Shown: positions 24,265-36,294 of the stretch, piece by piece | Position numbering within the stretch: position 1 is the stretch's first letter | Layout of the letters: every line of letters starts with the position of its first letter | Source: Mustelus asterias | Taxonomy: Eukaryota | NCBI RefSeq assembly: GCF_964213995.1 | Contig: NW_027590142.1 | Location: 1-64,000, forward strand | Reading direction: 5' to 3' | Length of the DNA stretch: 64,000 bases | Translations under genes and position numbers: made by a program | The notes under the pieces: model-generated | Database searches by the model: none | What the model saw: only the letters and a program-made list of their open reading frames with translations | What the model was told of the DNA's origin: nothing

Positions 24265-24985
24265 AAGGCTGCAGATACCTCCTCCCAAGTAACATGCGTG
24301 TGCCCAAGACATCATCACTTGTTTCCCTTATTTCTTTAGCACCCATGGTGCTCTCCGCAGTAAACACAGAGGAGAAGTATTCATAAAAAATCTCACCCAT
24401 CTCCTGTGGCTCCACACACAGATGGCCATACTGATTTTTAAGGGGATCTATTCTCTCTCTAGCCACCCTTTTACTCTTAATATAGCGATAGAACCTCTTG
24501 GAATTTTCTTTAATCTTACCTGCCAGATCCATATCAGACCCTCTTTTTGTCCTCCTGATTTCCCTCCTCAGTATTTTCTTACACTTTTTATAGTCAGAGT
24601 GATTCACTTGTCCCCGATTTCCTAAACCCAATGTATGCTTCCTTCTTTTACCTGACCAGAGCCTCAATGTCCCTTGTCTGCCAGAGATCCTTAAATTTAC
24701 CATTATTTCCCTTCACCTTAACAGGAATATACTGCCCCTGGACTCTTGATATCACACTTTTAAAACCTCCCATTTGCCAGTCATTCCTTTCCCTTCAAAC
24801 AAACTCACCGAATCGACATCTGCTCGATCCTGCCTAATGCCCACAAAAGTGGCCCTGCTCCAGTTTAGGGCCTTGACCTGTGGACCTGTCCTATTTTTTT
24901 CCAGAACTATTTTGAAACTATTGGTGCTCCCAATAGTGCTCCCTGACTGACACTTCAGTCACTTGCTCCACCTCGTTTCTTAACT
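24265..24985 (-). mobile_element. CR1 ORF2 fragment
   Basis: KIKENSKRFYRYIKSKR...YFSSVFT; same segment at 47740-48605. Confidence 0.8.
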
Positions 24986-25203
24986 GTCTAATAGAAAGTG
25001 AGTCCAGGAATTGATAATGAAAAATAAGGGGCTGGGAGATGAATTGAACAAGTATTTTGCCTCGGTGTTCACAATAGAGGATACAGTTAAAACTCAGAAA
25101 CAGCTGGAAATCAGAAAACAGAAGTGTGGGATGAACTCTGAAAAAGCACAATTCCCAGGGAAGTGGTCCTCAGCAAACTGTTGGAGCTGTGGGCTGATGA
25201 GTC

Positions 25204-25440
25204 CTCGGGTCCTGCTGGGCTTCATTCTCGGGTCCTGCTGGCCTTCATTCTCGGGTCCTGCTGGGCTTCATTCTCGGGTCCTGCTGGGCTTCATTCTCGG
25301 GTCCTGCTGGGCTTCATTCCCGGGTCCTGCTGGGCTTCATTCTCGGGTCCTGCTGGGCTTCATTCTCGGGTCCTGCTGGGCTTCATTCTCGGGTCCTGCT
25401 GGGCTTCATTCTCGGGTCCTGCTGGGCTCCATTCCCGGGT
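25204..25440. repeat. 23-bp minisatellite TCGGGTCCTGCTGGGCTTCATTC, ~10 copies
   Basis: Direct reading; lies inside a CR1 fragment (24990-25470). Confidence 0.95.
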
Positions 25441-25489
25441 CTTAACAGAGGGAGATAGTTGATGTTGTTCAATTTTCTTAACCGTCCAT

Positions 25490-25720
25490 CGCCATTACCC
25501 GCACTGCGCATGCTTCAGGTCCCGCCCCTCATTCACTCCGATTGGTTGGAGGACCAGCCGCTCCCGCTCGGTCATCCAGCCCCGCCCCCTCTTCCTATTG
25601 GCCCGGAGCTGCCGTCAATCAGTCCCGGGGCATTGTGATGTGGAGCATGCGCAGTGTCATTGCTGTCCTTGGCGCTTGTTTGTCCCGGAGAAGCGGAGTC
25701 AGCGTTAGGCGGTGGCTGGG
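25490..25720 (+). promoter_or_regulatory. CpG-rich promoter-like region
   Basis: TGCGCATGC, CCGCCC x2, ATTGG x2, GGAGGACC palindrome variant. Confidence 0.5.
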
Positions 25721-28092
25721 AGGATTTGGAAACACTTTGTGGATCCGCAAACCCTTCAGAATCATTGTCAGCTCCCTGGTTTGCAGCTGCGGGGCTTCTC
25801 CCTCCCTCCCTCCCGGGAACAGGACCAGGTTAACGGCCCCATCCTGGCTCAGCCACTGGAGGATGGTTCACACCAGAGGATGGGGGAGGGGGACAATAAA
25901 TAAGAGGTTACACTTTGGCCTCAAATCAATGAGGACTCTGATCTCTGGGAAGGAAGGAAACCCTGGGAGGTGGGCGGGGAGGATTCACAAACACCCGCTG
26001 GAGGTCCCAACACCCCCAGTAAAAAGCTGCAGCTCCCTGCAGTGACCAGGAGAGAAAATAATTGATTTTATTTTCACTCTGTACAAAAGAGAACTGAACC
26101 CAGCCAGAATAGAGGGTGGGAGAAAAGATTTGTGAAGATATTTCACACTGGGTTTGCCAGGCTGACCAACTCTCTCAGAGAAAATGAAAGGACATCCTTC
26201 ATGAGTCTGTCGGAGCAGGTGAGCAGTATTGTGTGCGGTGCTGTTGGAACTGTGTGGGTGGGCACGGGCTGGTTGGCAGCCAGAACAGTTGGAAGAGGGT
26301 GCTGCACACATCCATCTTATGGGTGAAACAGCGCCCATACACCATGCAGCCTGGCACAGTGGAGTCAAACACGGCACAATCCATTGAAATATGAGCTGGT
26401 TGGTCAGTGTGGGAGTTGGTTGCAGGACAGGGAGGAGGGAAAGTGTTCAGGATGAGGATTTACTGCTGCACAGGAACAAGTGAGGAAACGATGTTCCACA
26501 GAACATAGTTTCAAATTCCAGCATCCGCAGTAATTTGCTTTGATTCCAAATAAACTTATTGGACTTTAACCTGGTGTTCTGAGACTTCTTACTGTGCAAA
26601 CTCCAGAGAGACAGTCACCCACCGCTGGAATCGAACCCAGACTCAGTGAGGCAGCAGTGCTAACCACTGTGCCACAGTGAAGGGAGTTTGCCGCAAATTT
26701 CGGGTGATAACAATGGGCTGGATGTTGCTCAGAATGTGGAGCACTGCAGCAAAGTACAGAGAGACAGAGACAGAGCAGCAAACTGGACTGAGAAATGGAG
26801 TCTGCAGACTGGAACTGGCAGCATGAGGAGAGGTTATTTAGTCTAACACTCACAGCAATCTACAACCCACCCCCATTACCGAGACAGTGAGACAGAGATT
26901 ACAAACACTCACCAACACAGCTCCACTGAAACGTCCCAGGAAAAAGGGGGAATCTGTGGCAGTTCCTGTCCTGAAATAGCCCCAGGACTGTCACTCAAAT
27001 CCCCAACCCGGCCCAGTTCACAGCTCAGCCTCTCAGCTTGCAGCTTCCTGCACCTTGAGCCAACCCTGTCCAGGTGTGGGAGGGATGTGGAACCCCAGAG
27101 TGGGGGGAGGGGTGACCTCCTGCTGTGTCCCAAATAGTTTCTCCTTCCCCTCCCCCTTGGCGCTCGAAGGTCTCAATGTGGATGTGTTGATGGACATTGC
27201 AGAGCCTAACTGAGCTGCGCCTGTCCCTTATCCTGGGTCAACCCCTCCCCTTGGGTTCAGTGTGTTCAGTTCGCTGCTTCTTTCCCTGCTGAACCTTCAG
27301 TTAATCAAAAACAGAAAGTGCTGGAAAACCTCAGCAGGTCTGATCGCATCTGTGATCATCCAGACTGGAAGCATTAACTCCATTCTCTCTCCACAGATGC
27401 TGTCAGACCTGCTTTGATTTTCCAGCATTTTCTGTTTAAGATTCCAGCATCCGCAGTGTTTTGCTTTTATCTTCATTTAAACAAGCATTCTTTCATGGCC
27501 TTTACCCTCCGTGCTCCTTTCCAGAGCTTCCCACCTTCTGCTATTGTCCCTGACTCCCACATTAACTGTCATTCCTTCCCTTTATCCTGCTCACATCCCG
27601 CTCGAAACTCAGGCTCAGAGTTTTCCCGCCATCTCCCCGTCTCCCAGCTCCCACATCCCAACACCCGGAATCTCTAACCCAGCGGTTCCAGTTTGTCTGG
27701 TTTGAGTTCAGATTTGCCGCAGCACCGACAGGATTTCACTTCAAACCAGCCGGAACTGACTGCTCACAAATCCCTAAATGTTTCTCCAGCAGCCCGGGCT
27801 TGTTAACATTGTTTAAAGTCAGCGCCCAAATGCAGTTACTCTCCTCAGTTTAAAAAACTTCTCCGTTTAATCCAAAGTATTATTCGCACCAGACATAAAC
27901 ACAAAATTGTGAACGTTACCCACCGCCCCCCCTCCCCCCGCCCCCCCAACGAGACCCGAGCTGGGGTGTCCTGAGTAAGAGACATCTGTTTCGGGTGTGA
28001 CAATTCTTACACATTCTCTGGTTGACATAAAACGGAAAACGCTGGAAATTGCCCCCATTACCGAGACAGTGAGACAGAGATTACAAACACTC

Positions 28093-31000
28093 TTTTTTTT
28101 ATTTCAAAAATATACTTTATTCACAAAAAAAACTCTCCAATAAAACATTGCAAAATGACAGATCCAAAAGTCATAAACAGTGCAAAAAAGAATCATTTTT
28201 ACAGTACAATACAGTGCTTATTGACAAAACATTACATTCATTACATTTCATTACTTAAAACTATGTACATACATCAGAGTTTACTGTGTGCCGTTATTTA
28301 TCAGGTTGGCACACAGTTACGCGGGCCGAGGGTATTCTGCAGTTACCCGGCCCTCGGTCTGCCTCGGTTGAGACGCTTTACACGGTGGCCTTTCCCCATT
28401 GTGCCTTGGCGGCGGCTGCCCCAAGCTTGAGCGCGTCCCTGAGCACAGAGTCCTGGACCTTGGAATGTGCCAGTCTGCAACACTCGGTCGAGGACAATTC
28501 TTTCAGCTGGAAGATCAGCACGTTTCGGGCGGACCAAAGCACGTCCTTCACCGAGTTGATGACCCTCCAGCAGCAGTTGATATTTGTCTCGGTGTGCGTC
28601 CCCGGAAACAGCCCGTAGAGCACAGAGTCCTGCGTCACCGAGCTGCCCGGGACGAACCGCGACAAATACCACTGCACCTCACTCCAGACCTTCTTTGCAA
28701 AGGCACATTCCACAAGGAGGTGTGCGACCGTCTCATCACCCCCGCAGCCGCTTCGAGAGCAGAGTGCGGTGAGGTTGAGACCCCGGGCGTGCATAAAGGA
28801 TCTGACGGGGAGTGCCCTTCTCACCACCAGCCAAGCCAGGTCTTGGTGCTTGTTTGTGAGTTCTGGTGATGAGGCATTCTGCCAAATGACATTGACAGTC
28901 CGCTCAGGGAACCATCCGACAGGATCTGCCGTCTCCTTTTCTCTCAGAGCCTCAAGGACATTACGTGCTGACCACTGCTTGATAGCCATGTGGTCAAAGG
29001 TGTGTTTCCGGAAGAATTTCTCCACGAAGGACAGGTGCTGCGGTACGGTCCAACTACTTGGAGCGTTCCATGGCAATGTGGCCAGACCCATCCTCCGCAA
29101 CACTTGGGACAGGTAGAACCTCAAAAAATAGTGGCACTTGCTGTTACTGTACCGAGGATCTACACACAGCTTGATGCAGCCGCACACAAAGGTGGCCATC
29201 AGGATGAGGGCGGCGTTGGGAACGTTTTTCCCTCCATTCTCTGGAGATTTGTGCATCGCCTCCCTGCGGACTCGATCCATCTTTGATCTCCAGATGAACT
29301 TGAAGATGGCCCGGGTCACTGCTGCTGCGCAGGACTTGGGGAGAGGCCACACCTGCGCCACGTACAACAACACGGACAGAACCTCGCATCGGATCACAAG
29401 GTTCTTCCCAGTAATGGAGAGGGAGCGTTGCTCCCACAATCCCAATTTTTGTCTGGCTTTGGCGATGCGCTCCTCTCAGTTTTTGGCGCATGCCCCTGCC
29501 GCACTGAACCATATCCCCAGCACCTTGAGGTAGTCTACCCTAATGGTGAAGGGGATAAAGGATGTGTCAGGCCAGTTCCCAAAGAACATGGCCTCACTCT
29601 TACCCTGGTTGACTTTGGCTCCTGAGGCCAGCTCGAACTGCTCACAGACTCGAAGAAGCCTGCGAACAGACGAGGGGTCCGAGCAGAAAACAGCCACGTC
29701 ATCCATGTAGAGGGAGGCTTTGACTTGCGTCCCTCTGCTGCCTGGGATTGTAACCCCTTTGATGCCTGGGTCGCTTCTGAGGGCCTCGGCAAGGGGTTCA
29801 ATGCAACACACAAAAAGGACGGAGGAGAGAGGGCAGCCCTGCCTGACTCCAGACCTGATTTGAAACATATCTGATTCCCACCCATTGATTGAAACTGCGC
29901 TACTGATGTCTGTGTAGAGCAGTTGGATCCAATTGCAGATTCCCTCCCCAAAGCCCATTTTGGAGAGCACATCCACCATGTAGCTGTGCGATATTCTGTC
30001 AAATGCCTTCTCCTGGTCTAGACTGATGAGGCAGGTGTCCACCTGCCTGTCCTGCACGTAGGCGATCGTATCCCTGAGTAGCACGAGGCTATCAGAGATC
30101 TTCCTGCCGGGTACAGCACAGGTTTGATCAGGATGGATCACTGACCCCAGAGCAGACTTGACCCGGTTGGCGATGACCTTGGCCAGAATCTTGTAATCCA
30201 CATTTAATAGTGAAATAGGTCTCCAATTTCTAATTTCTTCCCTTTCCCCCTTCTGCTTGTAGATGAGGGTAATGATGCCTTTCCTCATGGATTCTGACAT
30301 GCTGCCTTCCAGAAGCATACTCTCGTATACTTCCAGGAGGTCCGGGCCCGTCAAGTCCCACAACGCCGAGTAAAACTCAGCCGGTAAGCCGTCGCTACCG
30401 GGAGTTTTACCCTTCTGAAGGGACTCGACTGCCTTTGTCAGCTCATCCAGAGCTACCGGTCTGCCCAGGCTCTCCCGCTCGCCGTCGTCCAAGACTTGCG
30501 TGATAGACGACAGGAAAGACTGGGAGGCCGTGCTGTCTGTTGGCTTCAGGTCATTCAGTCCGGCATAGAAGGATTTGCAAATCCTCAGGATGTCAGACTG
30601 CGATGACCTTACAGAGCCATCTTCTTCCTTCAGGCTTGTGATCACAGAGGTTTCTCTGTGCACCTTCTGGAAGAAGAAGCGCGAGCACGTTTCGTCCTGC
30701 TCCACGGAGCGGACCCTGGACCGGAAGATAACCTTGGAGGCCTCCGAGGCAAAGAGCGAGGCTTGCTGGCTCTTCACCTCCCGGAGGTCCTCCTTGACAT
30801 CCACCCCCATCGACTGCAGTTGGAGTAGCTCCTGCATGCTTTTCTGGAGTCGGGACATTTCCCCCCATCTCTCCCTGGCCTTCTGAACCCCTTTTCGGAT
30901 AAAGAATCTCTTGATGTTGCCCTTGATGGTTTCCCACCAGAGCGATGGAGACTCAAAGAAGGGTTTCACGGTTCTCCAACCGTGGTAAACCTTCTTGAGT

Positions 31001-31210
31001 TCCTCGAGGTTCTCTGGGGTCAACAGTTCTACATTAAGCTTCCAGGACCCCCTGCCCACTTTCTGGTTTTCCTCCAGCTGACAGTCTGCCAGCGGGAGGC
31101 AGTGGTCAGAGAAGAACACCGGTTTGACGTCGGTGGACCTGACCGTGAGCGCGTGGGATGCAAACATGAAGTCGATCCTGGAGCGGACAGACCCGTCTGG
31201 CCGCGACCCC
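28093..31210 (-). mobile_element. Tx1/L1-clade LINE, 5'-truncated ORF2 (EN end, RT, zinc-binding C-terminus), poly(A) tail
   Basis: SRIDF...FFSDH, GVRQGCPLS, YMDD; ORFs 29476-31350 and 28378-29445 in one frame separated by a single TGA; poly(T) at 28093. Confidence 0.92.
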
Positions 31211-31353
31211 TTTGGTAGCAAATACCATAAGCTTTTGGAGCACAGCTCCTTCGTCAGATGGAGTGGAACCTGAGTAAACCTGTTGGACTTTAACCTGGTG
31301 TTGTGAGACTTCTTACTGTGCTTACCCCAGTCCAACGCCGGCATCTCCACATC
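31211..31353. mobile_element. Penelope-type terminal repeat with hammerhead motif (31225-31261, minus)
   Basis: Repeat also at 23630-23730 and 26555-26597; CCAT-CTGACGA-A-GGAGC-TGT-GCTCC-AAAA-GCTT-ATGG. Confidence 0.6.
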
Positions 31354-31789
31354 AGAGCAATAACCAGGGTCAGGAACATTTTCACCCCCATGGTTCCAAT
31401 CTGAGCTCCAGAATTAGGGAGAGTGATCTCTGTCCGAACGGGACCTGGAATGTGAGAAATTGAAAGAATTAGCAAGGTGTGATGCGATTGGCTGGGATTT
31501 ATTTTCCTCGCCCATTTTTATATCTGCAAAAAGTCACTCTGCAGAAGGCGACTGTGATGTTTGATAAGTGATCAGAGCGCGCCCTCCCGTGGACAGTACC
31601 AGCGCATTGGAAACAGATGCAGAACGAAGAGCCCAGATATGTACAGTCTGAGAAATATAAAAACCCAGAAATATCTAGTACAGGTACAACACGGACAAGA
31701 GGAAATATCCGCTCCACATACACACCATTAATACCCCTTCGGGTTTTAAGGCTTTAAGAAAGTTATCTCTCAATCTCCGAAACTCAGTG

Positions 31790-32360
31790 GATACAAATCC
31801 AGCATCAGTACCCTTCTGCTTATCCAGAAAACCCGCTCATACCTGGTAATACATTCTCTGGACGTTTGCTAACGCATTACCATCTTTCTATAGATAAGGA
31901 ATCAAGTATTGTACACAATACTCCAGATGTGATTTCTCCAATGCCCTACACAACAGAAACATACTAGAATTTAGAAGAATGGGTGGAGATCAAATTGAGG
32001 AATACAAGATGACAAAAGGTATGGATAAAGTAGACGTGGAGCGGATGTTCCTCTTGTGGGGCATTCTTCGAGGAGAGGGCACAGACTTTGGATAAGGGGT
32101 AGCAAATTTAAAACAGTTGAGGAGAAACTACTTCTCCCAAAGGGTTGTGAATCTGTGAATTCCCTACCCCAAAGTGCGGTGGATGCTTGAGTAAACGTAA
32201 GGAGGTGTTAGACAGATTTTTTAATTGGGAAAGGATTGAAGGGTTATGAGAGAAAGTAGGAAAATGGGGATGAGGATCTTATCAGCCATGATCGAATGGT
32301 GGAGCGGACTCGATGGGCCGAATGTCCCAATTCTGTTCCTATATCTTATGAACTTATGAC
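31790..32360. mobile_element. CR1 3' fragments (both orientations)
   Basis: CR1 terminal coding remnants and CTTATGAA tail. Confidence 0.65.
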
Positions 32361-33755
32361 CCTTCCTATTTAATGATACATTCCCCAGCAATAAATGGTA
32401 ACATTTTATGACGTTTCTAATTAATTGCTGTACCTGTATATTAGCCCTTCTTGATTCACGGCCTTGGACAGCCCAACCCCTCTGTACCTCAGAATTTTGT
32501 GATCTCTCACCATTTAGATATTAAGCATATTTAATGTTCATCATGCCAAAATGGACATTTTCACATTTGCCTATATTACACTAAATTTGACGGAGGTTTG
32601 CCAATTCTTTTAACGTATTTATGTCCCTTGATCGTCTCCTTACATCCTCTTCACCACTTATTTTCCTATCTACCTTTTCGTCGTCATCAAACTTAGCATC
32701 CATATCTGCTCTATAAAATATTACTGTGTATTCTGATAATTTAATCCGTTCTCCTGGATGACTGCTCTGTGAATATCACTGTATAATCCAACAATTAATC
32801 CGGTTCTGCTGGATTCCTGCTCTGTAACATATCACTGTGTAATCCAATAATTAATCCAGTTCTCCTGGATTCCTGCTCTGTAACATATCAGTTGTAACCC
32901 AGCAATTAATCCAATTCTCCCGGATTCCTGCTCTACAATATACCGAGTAGAGGGCAACTAAATAACAATAAGGGAGGAGAAGATGAAATATGAGTGTAAG
33001 CTAGCCAGTAATATAAAAGTAGATAGAAATAATTTTTTTTTCAAGATATAAAAGGTAAGAGAGAGGCAAAGAGTAGTCATTGGACCACTGGAAAATAAGG
33101 CTGGAGAAGTAATAATAGGAAACAAAGCAATGACAGAGGAACTGAATATTTACTTTGCATCAGTCTTCACGGTGGAAGACACCAGTGGAAATAGTAGGTG
33201 TGAATGGCCAAACGGCAGAGAAGCTGAAATCAGAGGGTAAGCTGTGACAGATGAAGGTAAGGGGGGAGGAGGGAGATTGGTGGGAGAGAGGTAAAATTGG
33301 TGGGAGAGAGGTGAAAACGGGGAGAAAGGGAAACAAAGGTGGAGAAAAGATAAGGAAAGGGGAAAGAATAGGAGGCGGATAAGAAAGACAATACAGGAAT
33401 AAAAGGAAGAGAACAGTTAAAAAATTAATAAAATTAACCGACTTCCTGTTCTCACTCCGCTTTACAGGTTGAAGCGATTAAATGGACAAGTTTGGGTCTC
33501 ATCCCTTTCCAGGTCCCCGAGGGGGAACAAACTCCTTAGTTTATTTCTCCCGACGCTGAGAGCCAAGGGAGCCGTGCGCTGATTGGGTCATTTGAAGACA
33601 ATGGAATTCTAAGGTTGGATGTCAATGAATGACGTTGTCAGGAATGAACCAATCAACAACGGCCCGGATGTAACTCAACTTCTCACCCGCTCTTGACAAT
33701 TAAAATGTTAACTTCAACCCTCTCTGCTCACATCCCCTTCGACCTCTCTGCAAAC

Positions 33756-34648
33756 ATGTCTCCTGTGACTCTGAGCTTATTCCTCACAGCTGCAGCTCTA
33801 CTAACCGGTAGGTTCACAAGTTACAAACTCTGCGTTTCACATATTTACCATTCACTGCATTCAATTGAGCAGTTCGATTAACGCACTGGTAAAAATATAT
33901 ATTGATTCTAATATCAATTAGAATCATCTTTGTCTCACCAAGGGAGGAGGCAAAATACCTCAGCTGAATGAGAGTGAAGAGTTAAGGTGGGATTGCAGGC
34001 CCCGCCGGAGCCGCTGAGGGACTTTGACAAACTTGATAAAATCTGGATGAAAGCGTTGACAAACCCGAGATCTATAAACCCACGGACAGTTTAGTTTCCC
34101 CATCAAATAACGTGAAACGAAGGCGAGGATCTGATCTCCTCAGGAGGTGTTCATTTAACGGAGTGTCATTTAACCGCGACAAACACGTTCCCGTTACAAC
34201 CTGCGTGTTGCGGGATTTATATTCCTGTTTAGATCCTGTGATTCGTTTTTCAGATTATTGGCCAGGGTGACGGGCCGAATCCGGCCATTAAACAAAGTGA
34301 ACTGACATCGTTTAATTTAGCATTACTCTTGGCTCTTACAGGACAATGTGGAGGAGATCCAGTTTCACAGATACCGGCTGCAGTCACAGTGAGTGAAGGA
34401 GATGATGTTCAGTTATTCTGTAGTTATACAACTGCAAGCATTGACAATTATTACCTATTCAGGTACCGTCAGTATCCCAGCGGATCCATGGAGTGCCTGC
34501 TGAGGGGAAGCAAATATACCGGGAACAAAGAGAGATTCCCAGGGGACCGTTTATCAGCAGAGCTCAATGATAAAACCCGTACCGTCCCGCTGAAAATGTG
34601 TAAAACAGAGCTGGCAGACGCCGGGGTTTATTACTGCGCACTGAGACC
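33756..34648 (+). CDS. TRAV: TCR alpha/delta-type V gene segment (leader 33756-33807, V exon 34342-34648); conserved Trp replaced by Arg
   Basis: Leader MSPVTLSLFLTAAALLT with phase-1 GT-AG intron; VSQ...EG..V.L.CSY...LF(R)YRQ...DAGVYYCALR; RSS follows. Confidence 0.88.
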
Positions 34649-34687
34649 CACAGAGACACAGAGCTGGGCTGAACCTGTACAAAAACT
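34649..34687 (+). other. 23-RSS
   Basis: CACAGAG - 23 nt - ACAAAAACT. Confidence 0.92.
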
Positions 34688-34761
34688 CTCAAAACCTCAC
34701 TCAACATGAACAGGATAAACAGGAGTCCCAAGATAAACAGGAGTTGGGACGATGAGAATCA

Positions 34762-34833
34762 TGGTTCCACCGAGATTCGGACTCAGACTGCTGGATTGAA
34801 AGTCCAACGTGCTCACCGTTACATCATGAAACC
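34762..34833 (-). tRNA. tRNA-Gln-derived gene or pseudogene with anticodon TTC
   Basis: 72 nt colinear with vertebrate tRNA-Gln; T-loop GTCCGAA is non-canonical. Confidence 0.75.
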
Positions 34834-35136
34834 AACAGGCGCCGGTATAAGGCAGGAGGTCTTTCACTCAGATCTCACACATACACATTCTTGGTCAATA
34901 AGGGTTGTTGCTGTTTGACACCAACTGCTCCTTTCTATCGACAGAGCGTTATAGAGGAGCGAAAATGAAAAAGAGAAACACTGATGTTGCAGGCATCTGT
35001 CGACAGAGGCCCAGCAATGTGCATTGCAATAGCAGTGGAATAGGCTGGCAAATTGTCCTCTCGATTCGCACTTGGTGAAAACTTTAAGCGGAATGTCCTT
35101 CAGCAAAGCAATCATCGGCATTGACAAAGAAAAGCA

Positions 35137-35208
35137 AGGTGCTGCGGAGATTTGAACTCAGATCGCTGGATTCAAAGTCAAGAGTAATACCCATTACACC
35201 ACAGAACC
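35137..35208 (-). tRNA. tRNA-Gln(TTG), diverged
   Basis: GGTTCTGTGGTGTAATGG...CTTTGAA...GAGTTCAAATCTC...ACCT; intact A/B boxes, TTTT downstream, several stem mismatches. Confidence 0.8.
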
Positions 35209-35408
35209 CAGAAAATCGCAAACAGATGCAAATGACTTATGAAACACGACTACTTCTGCTGATATCTCCCGGTACGGCTTGCGAAGGAAATGATTTGCTT
35301 AGATTTGGAGGGCTGTGTTGTTCACTGGATTTACTACAATAAAGTTTATAAAATGTCTATCTCTTTGATGAAGCACAGGCGACAAACTGTCAGGACTGCT
35401 CCTCTATA

Positions 35409-35447
35409 GGTTTTTGTACGACTCGTATTGATCTTTACAACACTGTG
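35409..35447 (-). other. Perfect consensus 23-RSS
   Basis: CACAGTG - 23 nt - ACAAAAACC on minus strand. Confidence 0.96.
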
Positions 35448-35966
35448 CCTCGACTGCACAGAAATAGGTAGCAGTGTCTGTCACCCGAGTGCCACCAACA
35501 TTCAGAACGCTTCGTTTCTCTGCAACAATGTTCCGAGCCCTGATCCTGCCCTGATCGCTGGTACCGCTCACCAGGTGCTGCACGGTTCGGTCCGGGTATT
35601 GTCTGTACCATTGTAGGACCAGTCCAGCTGCAGTAGTGGAACAGTTCAACGATGCCAGGTCTATCTCAGTAACCACCACAGACTCTGGAGACTGTGATAC
35701 CTCTTCACTACCAGCGGCATCTGGGAAGGATATGTAGATACGCAATAATATCATAAAATTAAAATCTCATAGTGCAATACAATGTTGCACAATGAAGTAC
35801 AATTGAATGCATAATACAAGATAACACAACAAAACAGAATACTATTTAACAGAACGTAGCATCGCTAATGTGTGAAATATCGCTGTCAGAAATAGCGACC
35901 ACACTTACACTGAGGGAAGAGTAAGAAATCCAGGGAGATGATCACTGAAGCGAAGCTGAGCTTCAT
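35448..35966 (-). CDS. TRAV: TCR alpha-type V gene segment (leader 35966-35909, V exon 35720-35448), apparently intact
   Basis: Leader MKLSFASVIISLDFLLFPQ, GTAAGT donor, CAG acceptor; VSQSPES...LNCS...LQWYRQ...DTATYFCAVE. Confidence 0.9.
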
Positions 35967-36196
35967 GTCGGATCCTATCGACACTTGTAAAACAGTTGTA
36001 GGAAGATCTCAGGACAGGAAAAGCTCCTGGGAAAGCAAAGCTATTGGACATGAATCTGAGCCCAGCACCAGTTATACTCTCGCGACCAGAGCTGGATCTC
36101 TGGGACTTTTGATCAGGGAGTGAAATAGTGAGGGAGCTCCAGCATCGATAGGGTGTGGGGGAGGAGCGTGCGCAAGAGTCAGAACATCCCGCATTG

Positions 36197-36294
36197 TGAC
36201 GTCAGAGCAACAGACATTGTGACATCAGAGTATCCGGCACTGTGACGTCAGAATGCGGGCATGTGAGGCGTCACCATGCAGCCCTTTGACGTCA
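36197..36294. promoter_or_regulatory. Array of CRE/ATF palindromes upstream of the second V
   Basis: TGACGTCA at 36197, 36243 and 36287; TGACATCA at 36220. Confidence 0.65.

Noticed and set aside
29476-29478. Programmed readthrough or selenocysteine TGA in Tx1 ORF2
   Set aside because: Simplest explanation is a TGG-to-TGA nonsense mutation in a 5'-truncated copy
31211-31350. N-terminus of the 624-aa ORF as the true ORF2 start
   Set aside because: Read-through from an unrelated Penelope-type repeat; the LINE is 5'-truncated within the endonuclease
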